From positions 128,715 to 192,714 of the forward strand of contig CAVVMJ010000003.1 in the NCBI GenBank assembly GCA_963749445.1: 64,000 bases of DNA, given 5' to 3'. Positions 10,801 through 19,331 of this stretch are shown one piece after another. Each line of letters opens with the position of its first letter. The stretch's first letter is position 1. The notes under the pieces were generated by a model. The model had not been told where the DNA came from and searched no databases. It was given only the letters and a program-made list of their open reading frames with translations. Made by a program: the position numbers and the translations under genes. The DNA comes from an uncultured bacterium (GTDB taxonomy: Bacteria; Patescibacteriota; Doudnabacteria; UBA920).

Positions 10801-11525
10801 TGGGGCACAGGCAAGCCGTCCATAGATGTAAAACCGCTCTGTACCAAGACGGTATAATGGCTGGAGCGGGAAAGGCGCGCTGTTGGCGTAAACTCCAGCG
10901 TCCGCGTAGTCGCCCACTTAAATTTTCCGGCTGTTTCCGGAATGATTTTAACGGGCAGGGGCTTGGACTCCTGAACATCCAGCGTGCTTAGCGGCACCAT
11001 GGGCCGGTTAAATTCAATGGTAATGGCATCGGTCTCCGGCGCTTCTGAACCGTCTTTGGGAAAAATCGCGCTAACCTCCGGGTCAACATCGGCCTGGAAA
11101 TTTTGCGCCAAATGCACATCGCCGGCGGCCAAACTGACTTGGTAGTATTTGCCCGACTCCAGTTTGGCTGCCGGCTTAAAGACCAATTCAGTCGCCTTGC
11201 TGCCCACAGACCAGGTTCCTAAAAGTTTTGGGTCAAAACTAATTGCATCCTTGGCCTGATCCGAAGTCAAGCTGACTCCGGGTGGTAAATTAATTACTAC
11301 TGCCGCGCTTTGGGAAATTTTGGCCGCCACCAAGCCCACCGGCTCATCCTGCCATTTGGGCTGAATACTTTTAACATAAAAATAATTATACCCCAGCCAT
11401 CCGGCCGCTGCCACAATTAACACAGCGGCCGTCAACATAACGCCGCGCCTGTGGTGTCGCTTTAGCTGCTGTTTGTCTATTTCTGTCTCCTGAACGGGTT
11501 TTGCCGGAGCATTGGTTTCGTCCAT
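4863..11525 (-). CDS. Bacterial alpha-2-macroglobulin family protein with N-terminal TM anchor and Ig-like domains (2220 aa)
   Basis: YSDRPIYRPGQ (MG2), LPDNLTTW, thioester motif YPYGCTEQ, C-terminal ELYQPDHFGR. Confidence 0.93.
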   Translation of the reverse strand: MDETNAPAKPVQETEIDKQQLKRHHRRGVMLTAAVLIVAAAGWLGYNYFYVKSIQPKWQDEPVGLVAAKISQSAAVVINLPPGVSLTSDQAKDAISFDPKLLGTWSVGSKATELVFKPAAKLESGKYYQVSLAAGDVHLAQNFQADVDPEVSAIFPKDGSEAPETDAITIEFNRPMVPLSTLDVQESKPLPVKIIPETAGKFKWATTRTLEFTPTARLSRSSHYTVLVQSGFTSMDGLPVPQAQAQFTTRPLRFAGNTIHHDGVTLYDEPVKIDFNQPVDLAKTTAQITVKNLATNNAVPFVTQYGTRGVSLGGAVNLTDYTDKSVVLIFAKADKFGRAKFWDNNSNYQVDISGAVPLEGDINLSEGRSAAVQVPDIVESVSASSSRSSLVEPTMFDPKGQLVLNFYEEIDKDRSQITAQNLDRVDYGQRCELDADGNEVYVDGQCKQVTDKKQLLVSFKDQNWQPGQSFDVELTKIFNAKGLQLNSDPIKESLQIFPQLKVLSTTPAPGEQAADVTRLIICTNSPLDDAQPENFYQRLKSNLSVGKWDWDVAYKVQTGSRSADEKCSPGQYDNRIRYGLIPQTEYQMQLNLVDQFGQSLSQNLNFTSGKIDSTYTDFNSLQKGYNVTSPGHTKLTYAATNLDYLDLHVCQVSSQTMLGYLDPDTQPDAGIAGSALDCQQTWTKRIDLPPKFWTLNYFQVQLSDIVPSPLGYYVLSFSNPQLRQQIYDYNTGKTRPGPPIYERTFLNVTNLAAQEKKVEVSDDTSSSPGTAAVQPERATERELLSSSQGNLYWVTQIGSLNAVEGATIQVFQKQDKKYLAFDTATTDSSGVARAKAYAGNGAAVIGKDNDSTIVSGYSDKFQWSSPYQGGDKTYIYSDRPIYRPGQEVDIKGLYRIGYDGVYEIYTGKTASLQIFSSKNEQVDTEDLAISKNGTFNTVFHLAADAPLGTYRVQAFDGIYTFDVEDYVPSPFKVDLKSDKAEYIAGDTANLSVDANYYFGVPVEGGSVDYTVTAQDYYFDRYQDQNFQFGAGWYYQPDAGYGDSFILRGKAQLNTQGHAQISQVLDFSKLFSIDNQNQSKIFVVDVTVTNTTGQAVSNEQSFIVHRGQFYLGVNLDKSYFGKNDANKILIKTVDTQGKELSVGNISGKVNKITWNYFKRQEVDGNYYYHSEKQVDTVQQFTAQTDSSGNFSKDFTVGQEGEYEVALTAADSRGNPITATQDFYVYGQGSVEVQPENNESLDLAVANNKLEVGQAGQVVIKSPYDHAKALIAVERGRILDYQIVDINQNFYNYTFDVKDAYVPNVFVTVLLLSPKPEVKFGQAQFFIDTKQKTLTVDVTPNKNNYLPGEQVTLDVVTKDVSGKPVPADVSLAVADLSVLALSGNPKKDPVSFFYDGRPLGVTTSSNIKNILTEAEIPTGTKGGGGAAPEDLASKKRGVFKDTAYWNADVQTGSDGHAQVSFTLPDNLTTWQAEGVGLTQDTKLGVGYKEFKAQKELMVTPLVPRFVIPGDSFALGGKIFNQTGSAQTLQVSFTSSSLQMPDNKPQTVTLNAGDTKTVYVKAVAPASQQDGQHTLNITAKNDKYQDSVDSSFPVTPDQTYEAVATSNYTTNQTANEYVWLPDNVIPDRGGVQIEAQATLAGVLPGALKYLVDYPYGCTEQMISKLTAVATVKRFVSLKNLGDKFKMPQVQFDNQTYSADDVVSIGLSRIMSNQNSDGGFSYYPGMKSDYYLTLDVLNALEDLRQAKYKIDDAAETRAVAYAYQTWTGDYNLNRSKDSLILTAYTFSRVPSASQQFAALQPQIQALANDPKFFNEDISNLSLVYLALLSSAKQSSTFGNQVFQTLENRVVVDGRGAYLTTGDQNLLWYYYETPVKDTALLLKAESLAQRQFSETDKMLRWLQNSRAKDGSWGSTDGTVTVMDALVDYLQWKGETESSFTLNLLLDTKPQANFTFNSQTILDSLQSFIPISSFTPNKLSVLQFNKQNLNDKTNGFYYDMTLKYFLPVNSIAPRDEGFAISRELYALDDTVNKTPLNQAKVGQVLRAHLTLTVSKPRNFVTVESFIPAGMELVNFNLATENQTLNQQYLTTPAYGYENAQAGQNVPTKTVQLKRPGFFTRSWLWIKGLFVRQSSTVPGTTAVADLPDEVYSGNLTTTDSLIPDSVEYHDDRLMLFNQNLQPGVYEYDYYVRALIPGQFQHLPAVASELYQPDHFGRTRGEIFTITQ

Positions 11526-11618
11526 GCCCGTATTTTAGCACAAAATAAATTTTCTGCCCAAGTCTACGCCTAAAATTACTCGCAAACTCTCTTTTGGCGA
11601 TTGTGGTAAAATGTAGGT

Positions 11619-13001
11619 ATGGAAATCTTGGACAAAAAAACAGGCTCAACTACCGGCTGGCTGTTGCTTACCCTAAGCGCATTAATTATTATCCGCATCC
11701 TGCCCATCCTTAAATCCCCGTTTTCCACTTACGGTTATGACTTTGGCTTTTACTCTTACGAGGCCGGTCACGCCGGACAGTTTCATTTTATTGACTTGTT
11801 CAACAACGCCGTTTGGGGCGGCTACAACAACCCGATTTTTTTGATTGGCTCGTGGCTTCACATTCCGTCCGCGCTTTTGGTCAGCGAGTTTTATTTTTTG
11901 GCGGCCGTGGCTTTGGGCCTGGCAATTTATTTTTGGATGAAATTAAAAAGCCAAGCGGCCGGAATTTTTGCCTGCCTGCTGGTTGCGGCTTCGTTTGTCC
12001 AAACCAGCGGATATTTGATGTATCTTTGGAAAAATATTGTGGCATTGCCGCTTTTGGTATTAGGTTTTAAATTTTTGGAGGAAAAAAAATATTGGCAACT
12101 GGCAGTTTGCACCGCGGTCATTTTGCTGCTTCACCGTACCACGGCCATTGTCTTTATTTCATCGCTGATAATTTACGGAATATGGCAGTTCATCCAACAA
12201 AAAAAATTTCGGCTTTTGGCCGGCCTGTTTGCCGCAGCGCTGATTTTAGCCGCAACCGGATTTTACGCCTTACATCTTAAATCTTTAATCTTTAATCTAA
12301 TTCACAACAACAACTACTACGTAACCACCGGCCTGTTTATGGAAGGGTCTAACTTTTGGTTAATCTGGTGGCCATTTTTGCTTCTGGCTTTACCGGGAGT
12401 GTACCTTTACCTCAAAAAACGCCAACACCCGATTTTGCCCGTATTTACGGCAATTTTGCTGATTTGGATAGCGTTTAAATTTCCCTTCTACCGGCGCATG
12501 CTGCTTTATTTGGATTTATGTTTGATAGTTTTCGCCGCGTACTTTTTAAGCCTGGTGGATTATTCGCGAAAATTTATGAAACTCGCGCTCGGCGTTATTG
12601 TCGCCGTGCTGCTAATCCGTTCCGCCGATTACGCGCTGTCCCAAACGCCGCTGATTACCTCCCAAGAAGTCAGCGAAATTAAAAACTTCCGCCCGCCCGG
12701 CGGCCCCGGTTTTATCCTCGCCGTTTCCGCCAACGACGCGCCGTGGCTTTTAGCTTACGCCAATCCGGCCCAGCGCTTAGGCGCGCCCGGCCTTCTGGAA
12801 GACCCTCACACCTATCAGGAATGGCAAAACTTTTGGCATGGCCAGGACCAACGGCAATTTTTGTCTTACTACCCGCGGCCGCTGTATTTTTACCAGCGCA
12901 GTTACCGCCTGCCGCCGTTTGGCGTTACCCAATGCCTCACTCCGCTGACGCCGAATTTTTCCCAGCTAAACTACGATTGCCTGGAAAAATCCCTGCCGTA
13001 A
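11619..13001 (+). CDS. Polytopic membrane protein, probable GT-C fold glycosyltransferase
   Basis: About 11-12 hydrophobic segments, GYDFGFY loop after TM1, soluble C-terminal domain. Confidence 0.55.
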   Translation: MEILDKKTGSTTGWLLLTLSALIIIRILPILKSPFSTYGYDFGFYSYEAGHAGQFHFIDLFNNAVWGGYNNPIFLIGSWLHIPSALLVSEFYFLAAVALGLAIYFWMKLKSQAAGIFACLLVAASFVQTSGYLMYLWKNIVALPLLVLGFKFLEEKKYWQLAVCTAVILLLHRTTAIVFISSLIIYGIWQFIQQKKFRLLAGLFAAALILAATGFYALHLKSLIFNLIHNNNYYVTTGLFMEGSNFWLIWWPFLLLALPGVYLYLKKRQHPILPVFTAILLIWIAFKFPFYRRMLLYLDLCLIVFAAYFLSLVDYSRKFMKLALGVIVAVLLIRSADYALSQTPLITSQEVSEIKNFRPPGGPGFILAVSANDAPWLLAYANPAQRLGAPGLLEDPHTYQEWQNFWHGQDQRQFLSYYPRPLYFYQRSYRLPPFGVTQCLTPLTPNFSQLNYDCLEKSLP

Positions 13002-13026
13002 AATTATCAGCCCGAACCTTGCACAC

Positions 13027-13060
13027 AACAAAACTCTCCGCCTTGGCGGAGAGTTTTGTT
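13027..13060. terminator. Bidirectional intrinsic terminator
   Basis: aacaaaactctccgcc-tt-ggcggagagttttgtt. Confidence 0.85.
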
Positions 13061-13111
13061 CCTGTTATTATTTTTTGGCTAATCTTAAAATAATAATTTT
13101 TTCAATAAATA

Positions 13112-16100
13112 CTAATTGTGAATCGACACAGTGTTAGTCGGGTAATTGACAATCAAGCTGCCGGAAAGGCCGCTGCCGGCGCCGTTTACATCGTTAAAAG
13201 TCAAAACACCGGCCGAGCCAGGGCTTAAGGACAGGCTCGCGGAATTTGCAGTTATCGCGGTAACCGGAATATAGATATCGTAAGTTTTGGAAGCTCCGGC
13301 CGCAATCGTATTGCCGCCATTAAAAGTCAAATTTAATGTTCCGCCGCTAGAATTGCCAAATACGCTGGAATTGGAAACAACTTGGCCGGTTGCGCTATCT
13401 ACGGCTGTTACCGCGTTGGTGGTACTGATTGTTGCGCCCGATACGGTAACGCTGATTGGCAAAGCGGTCAAAACAATGTTGCCGGAAGCGTTGGCATTGA
13501 CCACTACGGATGCGACTTTTACCGATCCTGTTGTTAGAGAACTGTTGGAAGCAACCAAACTTAAAGTTGGGTAAGAACCCACTACTTTCATAGTGTTGCT
13601 ATTAACATTGGCGGTTGCGGTTTGGGTAATGCCTCCAGATGAATATTTGATGGAACTTAAAGTAATATAGGACGTGTTCCCGGAAGGTATGCCGTTAGCT
13701 CCGACAGAAGCATAATTTACGGAAACAGGTATGTTTGCGCCCGCGTAGCCGGCCGGAATGGGAAGGTTTAATCCCGTAATCACGGCCGTGCCGCCCACCA
13801 CCGGAGCCGTCAAGTTGCTGACTAAAACTGAGGTAATGCCACTGCCGGAAACAGTGAACGTCAGTTGCTGGACGGTCACGGCAGAAGAAGCGGCGAGATT
13901 ATAGACCGCGATTGGCGCGCTCATTGAGCCGCCGACAATGAACTGCGAAACTGGCGACATCGCGCTGAGCGTGGCGCTCAATGACGTCGAAACTGCTCCC
14001 TGCACTGTTACCAACTGGCCTCCCAGGGGAATTATTGCCGGATAGGTTTGATTATTGACTGAGGATTGCGCGGTTATAGAACTTAAAGTAATAAAACTCT
14101 GATATTGGCCGGTAATGTTAGTGGGGCTAAATGTCACATCAACATAGATATTAAGATATATCGTCGCTTGGGGCGCTATTACCAAAGGATTCGTCGACAG
14201 ACTGAATGTGTAGGTATTGCCGTTGCTGGGACTCGGCACAGCAGAACTCAACTGAGTCGTGCCCGACATAAGCTTTAAATTCTGAAAATTACCCGTGACG
14301 TTACTATTGGAAGTTTGGAGGGTAATTTGTTTTACTAAAGCAGATTCATTATTACTGTTATTCTTTAAAGTAAACGCGGCAATCATCTGGTTTAAGTTAT
14401 TAGTGCTAACCTGGAGACTGTTAGAGCCGGTTGTGGCCGCAGTTAAACTTAAATTTGAAGTACTGCCGCACGTGCCGGCGATCTGGTCCAGCGGCGCGTT
14501 GCAGCCTTGCTGTTTCATCGACACCACGCCGACCTGGCTTAAGGCCTGCTCCGCGCTATTGGCCGCCACGACATTGGCAAAACTAAAACCCCAGGAATTA
14601 AAAATGGCAACGCTCGGAAAACCGTACAAGCCGTTTTGTCCAACCAACTGCACCGTGCCATTGTTGTTTATGATAGTGCCGGGACGAATAACCGCGGAAT
14701 CGCTGACTTTGACGTAGCTATTATTGCTCGACGTTCTTCCGGAAGAATCGGTAGCATAAACCATAATATTATAGATACCGGAACTCTGCCAAGTATGGCT
14801 GATGGTAAACGATAAACCTGTAGGCTTATCGTTGCCGGTTTGTTTTTGAGATCCATCTCCCCAATCTACGGTGTAAGAAATTGTATATCCTGCGGTAGTA
14901 CTCGGGTTGGCCACGGACATAACATAAAAACTGCTCACGCCCGACATTACGCTGGTCGGACCGGTAATAATCGGCGGGGTTAAAGCGGAAACGGTAGAAC
15001 CGCACGCGTTGTTAATTTGGCTTAAAGGATCGCTACAGCCGACCTGCTTCATCGGCACCGTGCCGATTTGGCTTAAGGCCTGCTCGGCGCTGTTGGCGGC
15101 CACTACCTGGCTAAAGCTCCAGCCCCAGGAATTAAAAGTCGCGATGTCCGGGATGCCGTACAAACCCTTGCTCCCCACCAAATAAACCGTGCCGCCGTTG
15201 GTAAACACCAGTTGGCCTATGCGGGCGCCGCTAATAGGTACAGCGGCAACTGAAAAATTCGCACTAGAACCAAAATTAACGGTAGCGCTGTTATCCCCAA
15301 CGCCAACAACACTTGCTGAATAATTTCCAGCCGCTCCGGAAGAAATATCCGCGCGGACGGCATAATAAACCGCCTGGCCATCCTTAATCAATTGCGGCGT
15401 AAATGAAAAGTCGTACTGAGTATTGTTATTTGAATTACCTGTAAAAACATTTTTTACCGCGGCAACAAAATTACCATTTTGATCGTAAAGCCCAACATTG
15501 GAAAATTGACCGGTAACGTCTCCCGGGCTAATGGCCACCGAATAATCTCCCAAGTTCAGACTTGTGCCGCTTAGTCCCACGCTGAACGTGAACAAATTAG
15601 CGCCGGTTGTGCCCGCAATTATTTTGCTAGCAGGTGAAACGGAAAAATTAACAGTTCCGATTTTAGTTGAGCCGCACATGCCGTTAATCTGGCTAATGGC
15701 ATCGCTGCAAGCCGGATTGCGGGAAGGCACCCAGGTGCCGGAAACCGGCAAGGCGGATTCGGCGGCATTGGTCGGCAGGACGTTGGCAAAAGACCAACCC
15801 CACGAATTAAATACCGCTACGCTCGGGATTGGATACAAAACACTCTGGCCAACTAAGTAAACGGTTTTATCAGTCTTATAAACCAACTGGCCAACGCGTG
15901 CGCTAACGGATGTTCCTAAAGTCACGGAAAAAATTTGGGCATTACTGGTACCATTAGCGTTAGTTACGACCACCGAATAGTCGCCAGGGATAACACTAAC
16001 TATGTACTGCGGGCAAGCCGTACCAACCGCGCAGTGCGGCGCTAAAGTTTCGGGAATGGTAAATTGCAAAGTTTTGCCGTCGCTGGAAGTTAAGTTGCTG

Positions 16101-18928
16101 GCCACTTGATAATTCCTCATGCTCACGTTGTTTCCGGTGGAAGCAAAACCGCTGCCGGAAACTGTCACCACAGTGCCCACCGGCCCGGATGCGGGATTTA
16201 ATGAGTTGATATTGACAACGCTGTTAGTCGGATTAACCAAACTAAAACTTTGACTGGTATCCGGGACGCCATAACAATGGGCCGGGTAACTATTAGTGCA
16301 CATTTGTGGCCCACTAATGGTCAGGGTATAGTTGCCAACTGACAGATTGTTGCTAATGGTCCAACTATAACTGCCGGTGTTGGGAGCGGTGGTGGTCAGA
16401 CTATAGTTGCCGGAAGCACCAGTTAAAACAATGCTTAATGGGTAACCACCGGTGGTACTCGCATCCCAGGTAATCATATGAATACTGCCAAGTGCCCACT
16501 GCTCGCCACCGGCCGGGGAAAAAATCTTGATTGAAGTGGAACTGGCGGCAGAAACTATGGTAAACGCACCGCTAGTGCCGCCTACTACATAAGTACAGAT
16601 GGTTCCACCATTATTAGCTGTACAATTATTTACCGGATATGAAACCGCCACCTTATAATAGTTTGACGCGCCCATTGTGCCGAATGTCGGACTTGCGATT
16701 GTCCAAGCATAAGATCCATTATTTGGAACATTGGATGCAATAACTTGATAATTAGTACATGCGCTTATCATGGCAGGGGTACAATCAGTACTGCTGACCA
16801 ACTCTATATTAACTGTGGGAGAAGCCGAGCTATTAGGTACCCAAGTAACTATATGGGTAGATCCAACCGCCCACTGTTCTCCACCGGCCGGGATAGTGAC
16901 GCTAACTGTCGATTGGGAAGAGCTGCACGTGCCGTTAATCTGACTAATGGCATCGCTACAGGACGGATTGCGGGAAGGCACCCAGGTGCCGGAAACCGGC
17001 AACGCGGCTTCTACGCTGTTGGCCGCGGATACTTGGCTGAATGTCCAGCCCCAGGAATTAAATACCGCTACGCTGGAAATCGGATACAAAACATTTGAGC
17101 CGACCAAGTAAACGGTTTTATCACTCTTAAAAACCAACTGGCCAGTACGAACACCAATGGTCGCTGACCCGTTTACAGTAATAGTAAAAGTATTGGTGCC
17201 AATGTTGCCGTTGGTGTCCACCGCTTTAAGTTGGAACGTATATGTGCCGGCCGTAGTCGGCGTGCCGGAAAGAGTGTAAGTGTTGTGATAATAAGCTGGG
17301 CAAGCGGCTCCCACCAGACAAGCCGGTATCGGATTTTGACTTAAAGACAAACCGGGAGGTAAATTACCGTCCGACGTCATTGTGTATTCCGCGTTGGATG
17401 GGGATATATTTAAAGTCGCCATATAATACTGCCCGACCGTAGCTGTAGACGACGGCCCAGCAATAGTAATCGTCTGGGTTGGAGAAATTGATTGAGTGAT
17501 AACAAACGGCGCATCGCTCTTGTCGTCCGAAATGCTGTGGTTATCCTGAATCCAAGCCTGATAATATCCCGACGGAATGGTATGGCCATAAGCATCATTG
17601 CCCTGAACCGTCCAGTTAAATGAACCGTTGTTGGGTTCATTAGATCCCAAGTTATACAAACCGTTGCCGCAGGAGCTGACGCTGGAATTGGCGCATGGAA
17701 TCAAATAAAGATGGATTAAATAGCTTGGATCGTCGCCGGTCCACTGGATATTTAAATTTGATCCCGTGACAAACTTCTCCCCGCCGTTCGGGCTTAAAAT
17801 TTTCAACAGGCCGGCCGCCGGAACCGGGTTAACGGTTATTGTGGCGGGAACCTGCCCTAAAACATTAAACGCATAACCGCCGCCAAAGGTGGCCACTATA
17901 TAATACGTGCCGGACGGCAAGTTACCGACTGTAGCGGTAAACATCCCGTTAAGCCCGTTTGGAGCGCTGCCCACAATCTGCGTAATGTAATTTGCAACAT
18001 CTTGCCGATAGGAAGGAACGGGGGTAGTTACGGCTGCCGGATACGAAACTCCGGTCGCGCTGTTTACTAATTTAATATTGATATTTAAATTGCCGCCATT
18101 ATTATAAGCCCAGCCGGAAACCATAACACTGCCCGGAGCCGTGGCGCTGTAAGAAGACATGGATTCCAGCCAGCCTTCTATTAAACTATTGCTGCCCTGG
18201 CCGTAATGCGGGGTGGTATAGCCGTAAGCCGGCGGAGGCGTTGGACAAACGATAATCTGGCAACCATTATTATCATATTTATCATAACAACCGTTCTGGG
18301 GAACTGCGGTCGGAACCGCACATGTCGGGCTTGGCTTGGCCGGAGCGGTAATATTTAAAGATGTCAGTTGCTGTAAGCGGCTGCCGATTTTTTTATATAA
18401 AATAAAAGTGTAGGTTTGGTTGGGCAACAAGTCATTGCCGGTATAGCCCGAGCCGGAACCGGTAATACCATCCATAAACGGCCAGCTGTTAACCTTTATG
18501 GCGCCGGTAATGCCGCCTTGCAGCTGATAATCAACCTTAACCTGCCAGCCGTTGCCGGAAAAACCGATAAGCTGATAAGTTAAACAGTTGACGGTATTGT
18601 AGCCGCACACGGGCTGGTTGTAGCCGTAAGTGGCCACGCCCAAAACCCGGGGGGTCTGGACGGTGGTATTAAACGCGCCGGCTAAAATGCCTTCTGCTCC
18701 GCCGGACAGTTCGGTTTGGGCAACCATGGTGAGCGCGCCGACTGAAGTGGCGGCAAACAGCACAAAAGCAATGGCCGTAATCGAGCTAATTTCCGCGTTA
18801 AAAATAGATCGCACAAAAGACCAGGTGCCGCTGGCTGTAGCGCTGGTTTGTTCCCGGGCTTGGCTTAAGTGCCTGCCGGAGATTGCGTATGGGTTCATGG
18901 AAAAACCTATTTCCGCGCAAACAGACAA
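13112..18928 (-). CDS. Giant Ser/Thr-rich cell-surface protein with Ig-like modules and four copies of a ~75-aa repeat
   Basis: N-terminal TM; SPNGGE/PAGGEQW modules, LPPGLSL..LSGTPT (putative Ig), SLNPASGPVG (IPT/TIG), VDWGDGS (PKD); TVYLVG..FNSWG..C..QINGxC four times. Start codon uncertain. Confidence 0.8.
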   Translation of the reverse strand: MSVCAEIGFSMNPYAISGRHLSQAREQTSATASGTWSFVRSIFNAEISSITAIAFVLFAATSVGALTMVAQTELSGGAEGILAGAFNTTVQTPRVLGVATYGYNQPVCGYNTVNCLTYQLIGFSGNGWQVKVDYQLQGGITGAIKVNSWPFMDGITGSGSGYTGNDLLPNQTYTFILYKKIGSRLQQLTSLNITAPAKPSPTCAVPTAVPQNGCYDKYDNNGCQIIVCPTPPPAYGYTTPHYGQGSNSLIEGWLESMSSYSATAPGSVMVSGWAYNNGGNLNINIKLVNSATGVSYPAAVTTPVPSYRQDVANYITQIVGSAPNGLNGMFTATVGNLPSGTYYIVATFGGGYAFNVLGQVPATITVNPVPAAGLLKILSPNGGEKFVTGSNLNIQWTGDDPSYLIHLYLIPCANSSVSSCGNGLYNLGSNEPNNGSFNWTVQGNDAYGHTIPSGYYQAWIQDNHSISDDKSDAPFVITQSISPTQTITIAGPSSTATVGQYYMATLNISPSNAEYTMTSDGNLPPGLSLSQNPIPACLVGAACPAYYHNTYTLSGTPTTAGTYTFQLKAVDTNGNIGTNTFTITVNGSATIGVRTGQLVFKSDKTVYLVGSNVLYPISSVAVFNSWGWTFSQVSAANSVEAALPVSGTWVPSRNPSCSDAISQINGTCSSSQSTVSVTIPAGGEQWAVGSTHIVTWVPNSSASPTVNIELVSSTDCTPAMISACTNYQVIASNVPNNGSYAWTIASPTFGTMGASNYYKVAVSYPVNNCTANNGGTICTYVVGGTSGAFTIVSAASSTSIKIFSPAGGEQWALGSIHMITWDASTTGGYPLSIVLTGASGNYSLTTTAPNTGSYSWTISNNLSVGNYTLTISGPQMCTNSYPAHCYGVPDTSQSFSLVNPTNSVVNINSLNPASGPVGTVVTVSGSGFASTGNNVSMRNYQVASNLTSSDGKTLQFTIPETLAPHCAVGTACPQYIVSVIPGDYSVVVTNANGTSNAQIFSVTLGTSVSARVGQLVYKTDKTVYLVGQSVLYPIPSVAVFNSWGWSFANVLPTNAAESALPVSGTWVPSRNPACSDAISQINGMCGSTKIGTVNFSVSPASKIIAGTTGANLFTFSVGLSGTSLNLGDYSVAISPGDVTGQFSNVGLYDQNGNFVAAVKNVFTGNSNNNTQYDFSFTPQLIKDGQAVYYAVRADISSGAAGNYSASVVGVGDNSATVNFGSSANFSVAAVPISGARIGQLVFTNGGTVYLVGSKGLYGIPDIATFNSWGWSFSQVVAANSAEQALSQIGTVPMKQVGCSDPLSQINNACGSTVSALTPPIITGPTSVMSGVSSFYVMSVANPSTTAGYTISYTVDWGDGSQKQTGNDKPTGLSFTISHTWQSSGIYNIMVYATDSSGRTSSNNSYVKVSDSAVIRPGTIINNNGTVQLVGQNGLYGFPSVAIFNSWGFSFANVVAANSAEQALSQVGVVSMKQQGCNAPLDQIAGTCGSTSNLSLTAATTGSNSLQVSTNNLNQMIAAFTLKNNSNNESALVKQITLQTSNSNVTGNFQNLKLMSGTTQLSSAVPSPSNGNTYTFSLSTNPLVIAPQATIYLNIYVDVTFSPTNITGQYQSFITLSSITAQSSVNNQTYPAIIPLGGQLVTVQGAVSTSLSATLSAMSPVSQFIVGGSMSAPIAVYNLAASSAVTVQQLTFTVSGSGITSVLVSNLTAPVVGGTAVITGLNLPIPAGYAGANIPVSVNYASVGANGIPSGNTSYITLSSIKYSSGGITQTATANVNSNTMKVVGSYPTLSLVASNSSLTTGSVKVASVVVNANASGNIVLTALPISVTVSGATISTTNAVTAVDSATGQVVSNSSVFGNSSGGTLNLTFNGGNTIAAGASKTYDIYIPVTAITANSASLSLSPGSAGVLTFNDVNGAGSGLSGSLIVNYPTNTVSIHN

Positions 18929-19027
18929 GCCCTGATTTTGGAGCTTAGCGTTCGCGCTGTTTAATTTTATTTTTGTTTCGATCTTCGGCTGTTTTGGCCA
19001 AAGAAAAAGTTTTTAACTTCTGAATAT

Positions 19028-19056
19028 ATTATAGCACATTTAAAAAAATTTGTCCA
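19028..19056 (-). promoter_or_regulatory. Sigma70-type promoter for the surface-protein gene
   Basis: TGGACA-17-TATAAT with extended TG on the minus strand. Confidence 0.65.
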
Positions 19057-19081
19057 GCGTATGCGGAAAAAATTATTACCT

Positions 19082-19173
19082 ATCATTGCGAGTGCAGCCG
19101 AAGCAATCTTATCCAAGCTCAAGAAAAAGATTACCGCGTCGGCCAGTTAAAGCCCTGGCCTCCTCGCAATGAC
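19082..19173. repeat. Palindromic repeat, TTGCGAG...CTCGCAA family
   Basis: tcattgcgagtgcagccgaagcaatc...cctcgcaatgac; relatives at 48345-48430 and 57029-57117. Confidence 0.8.
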
Positions 19174-19331
19174 ACTGATAATTGCCAAAATTTAATCAAA
19201 TAGAAAACCGCGCTCGCACATCATACCCAAAGGTACAATGCGCTCACGCGGCTTTCGAGCCTAAAGAGAAGAAGCTTCTGTCCGCCGAGGCGCTTTAGGC
19301 TAAGCGCGCGGCGGGGTTGGCCGATGATGGC

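Noticed and set aside
14468-17155. Diversity-generating retroelement TR/VR pair
   Set aside because: All copies are coding within one ORF, the differences are not confined to adenines, and no reverse transcriptase is in the window.
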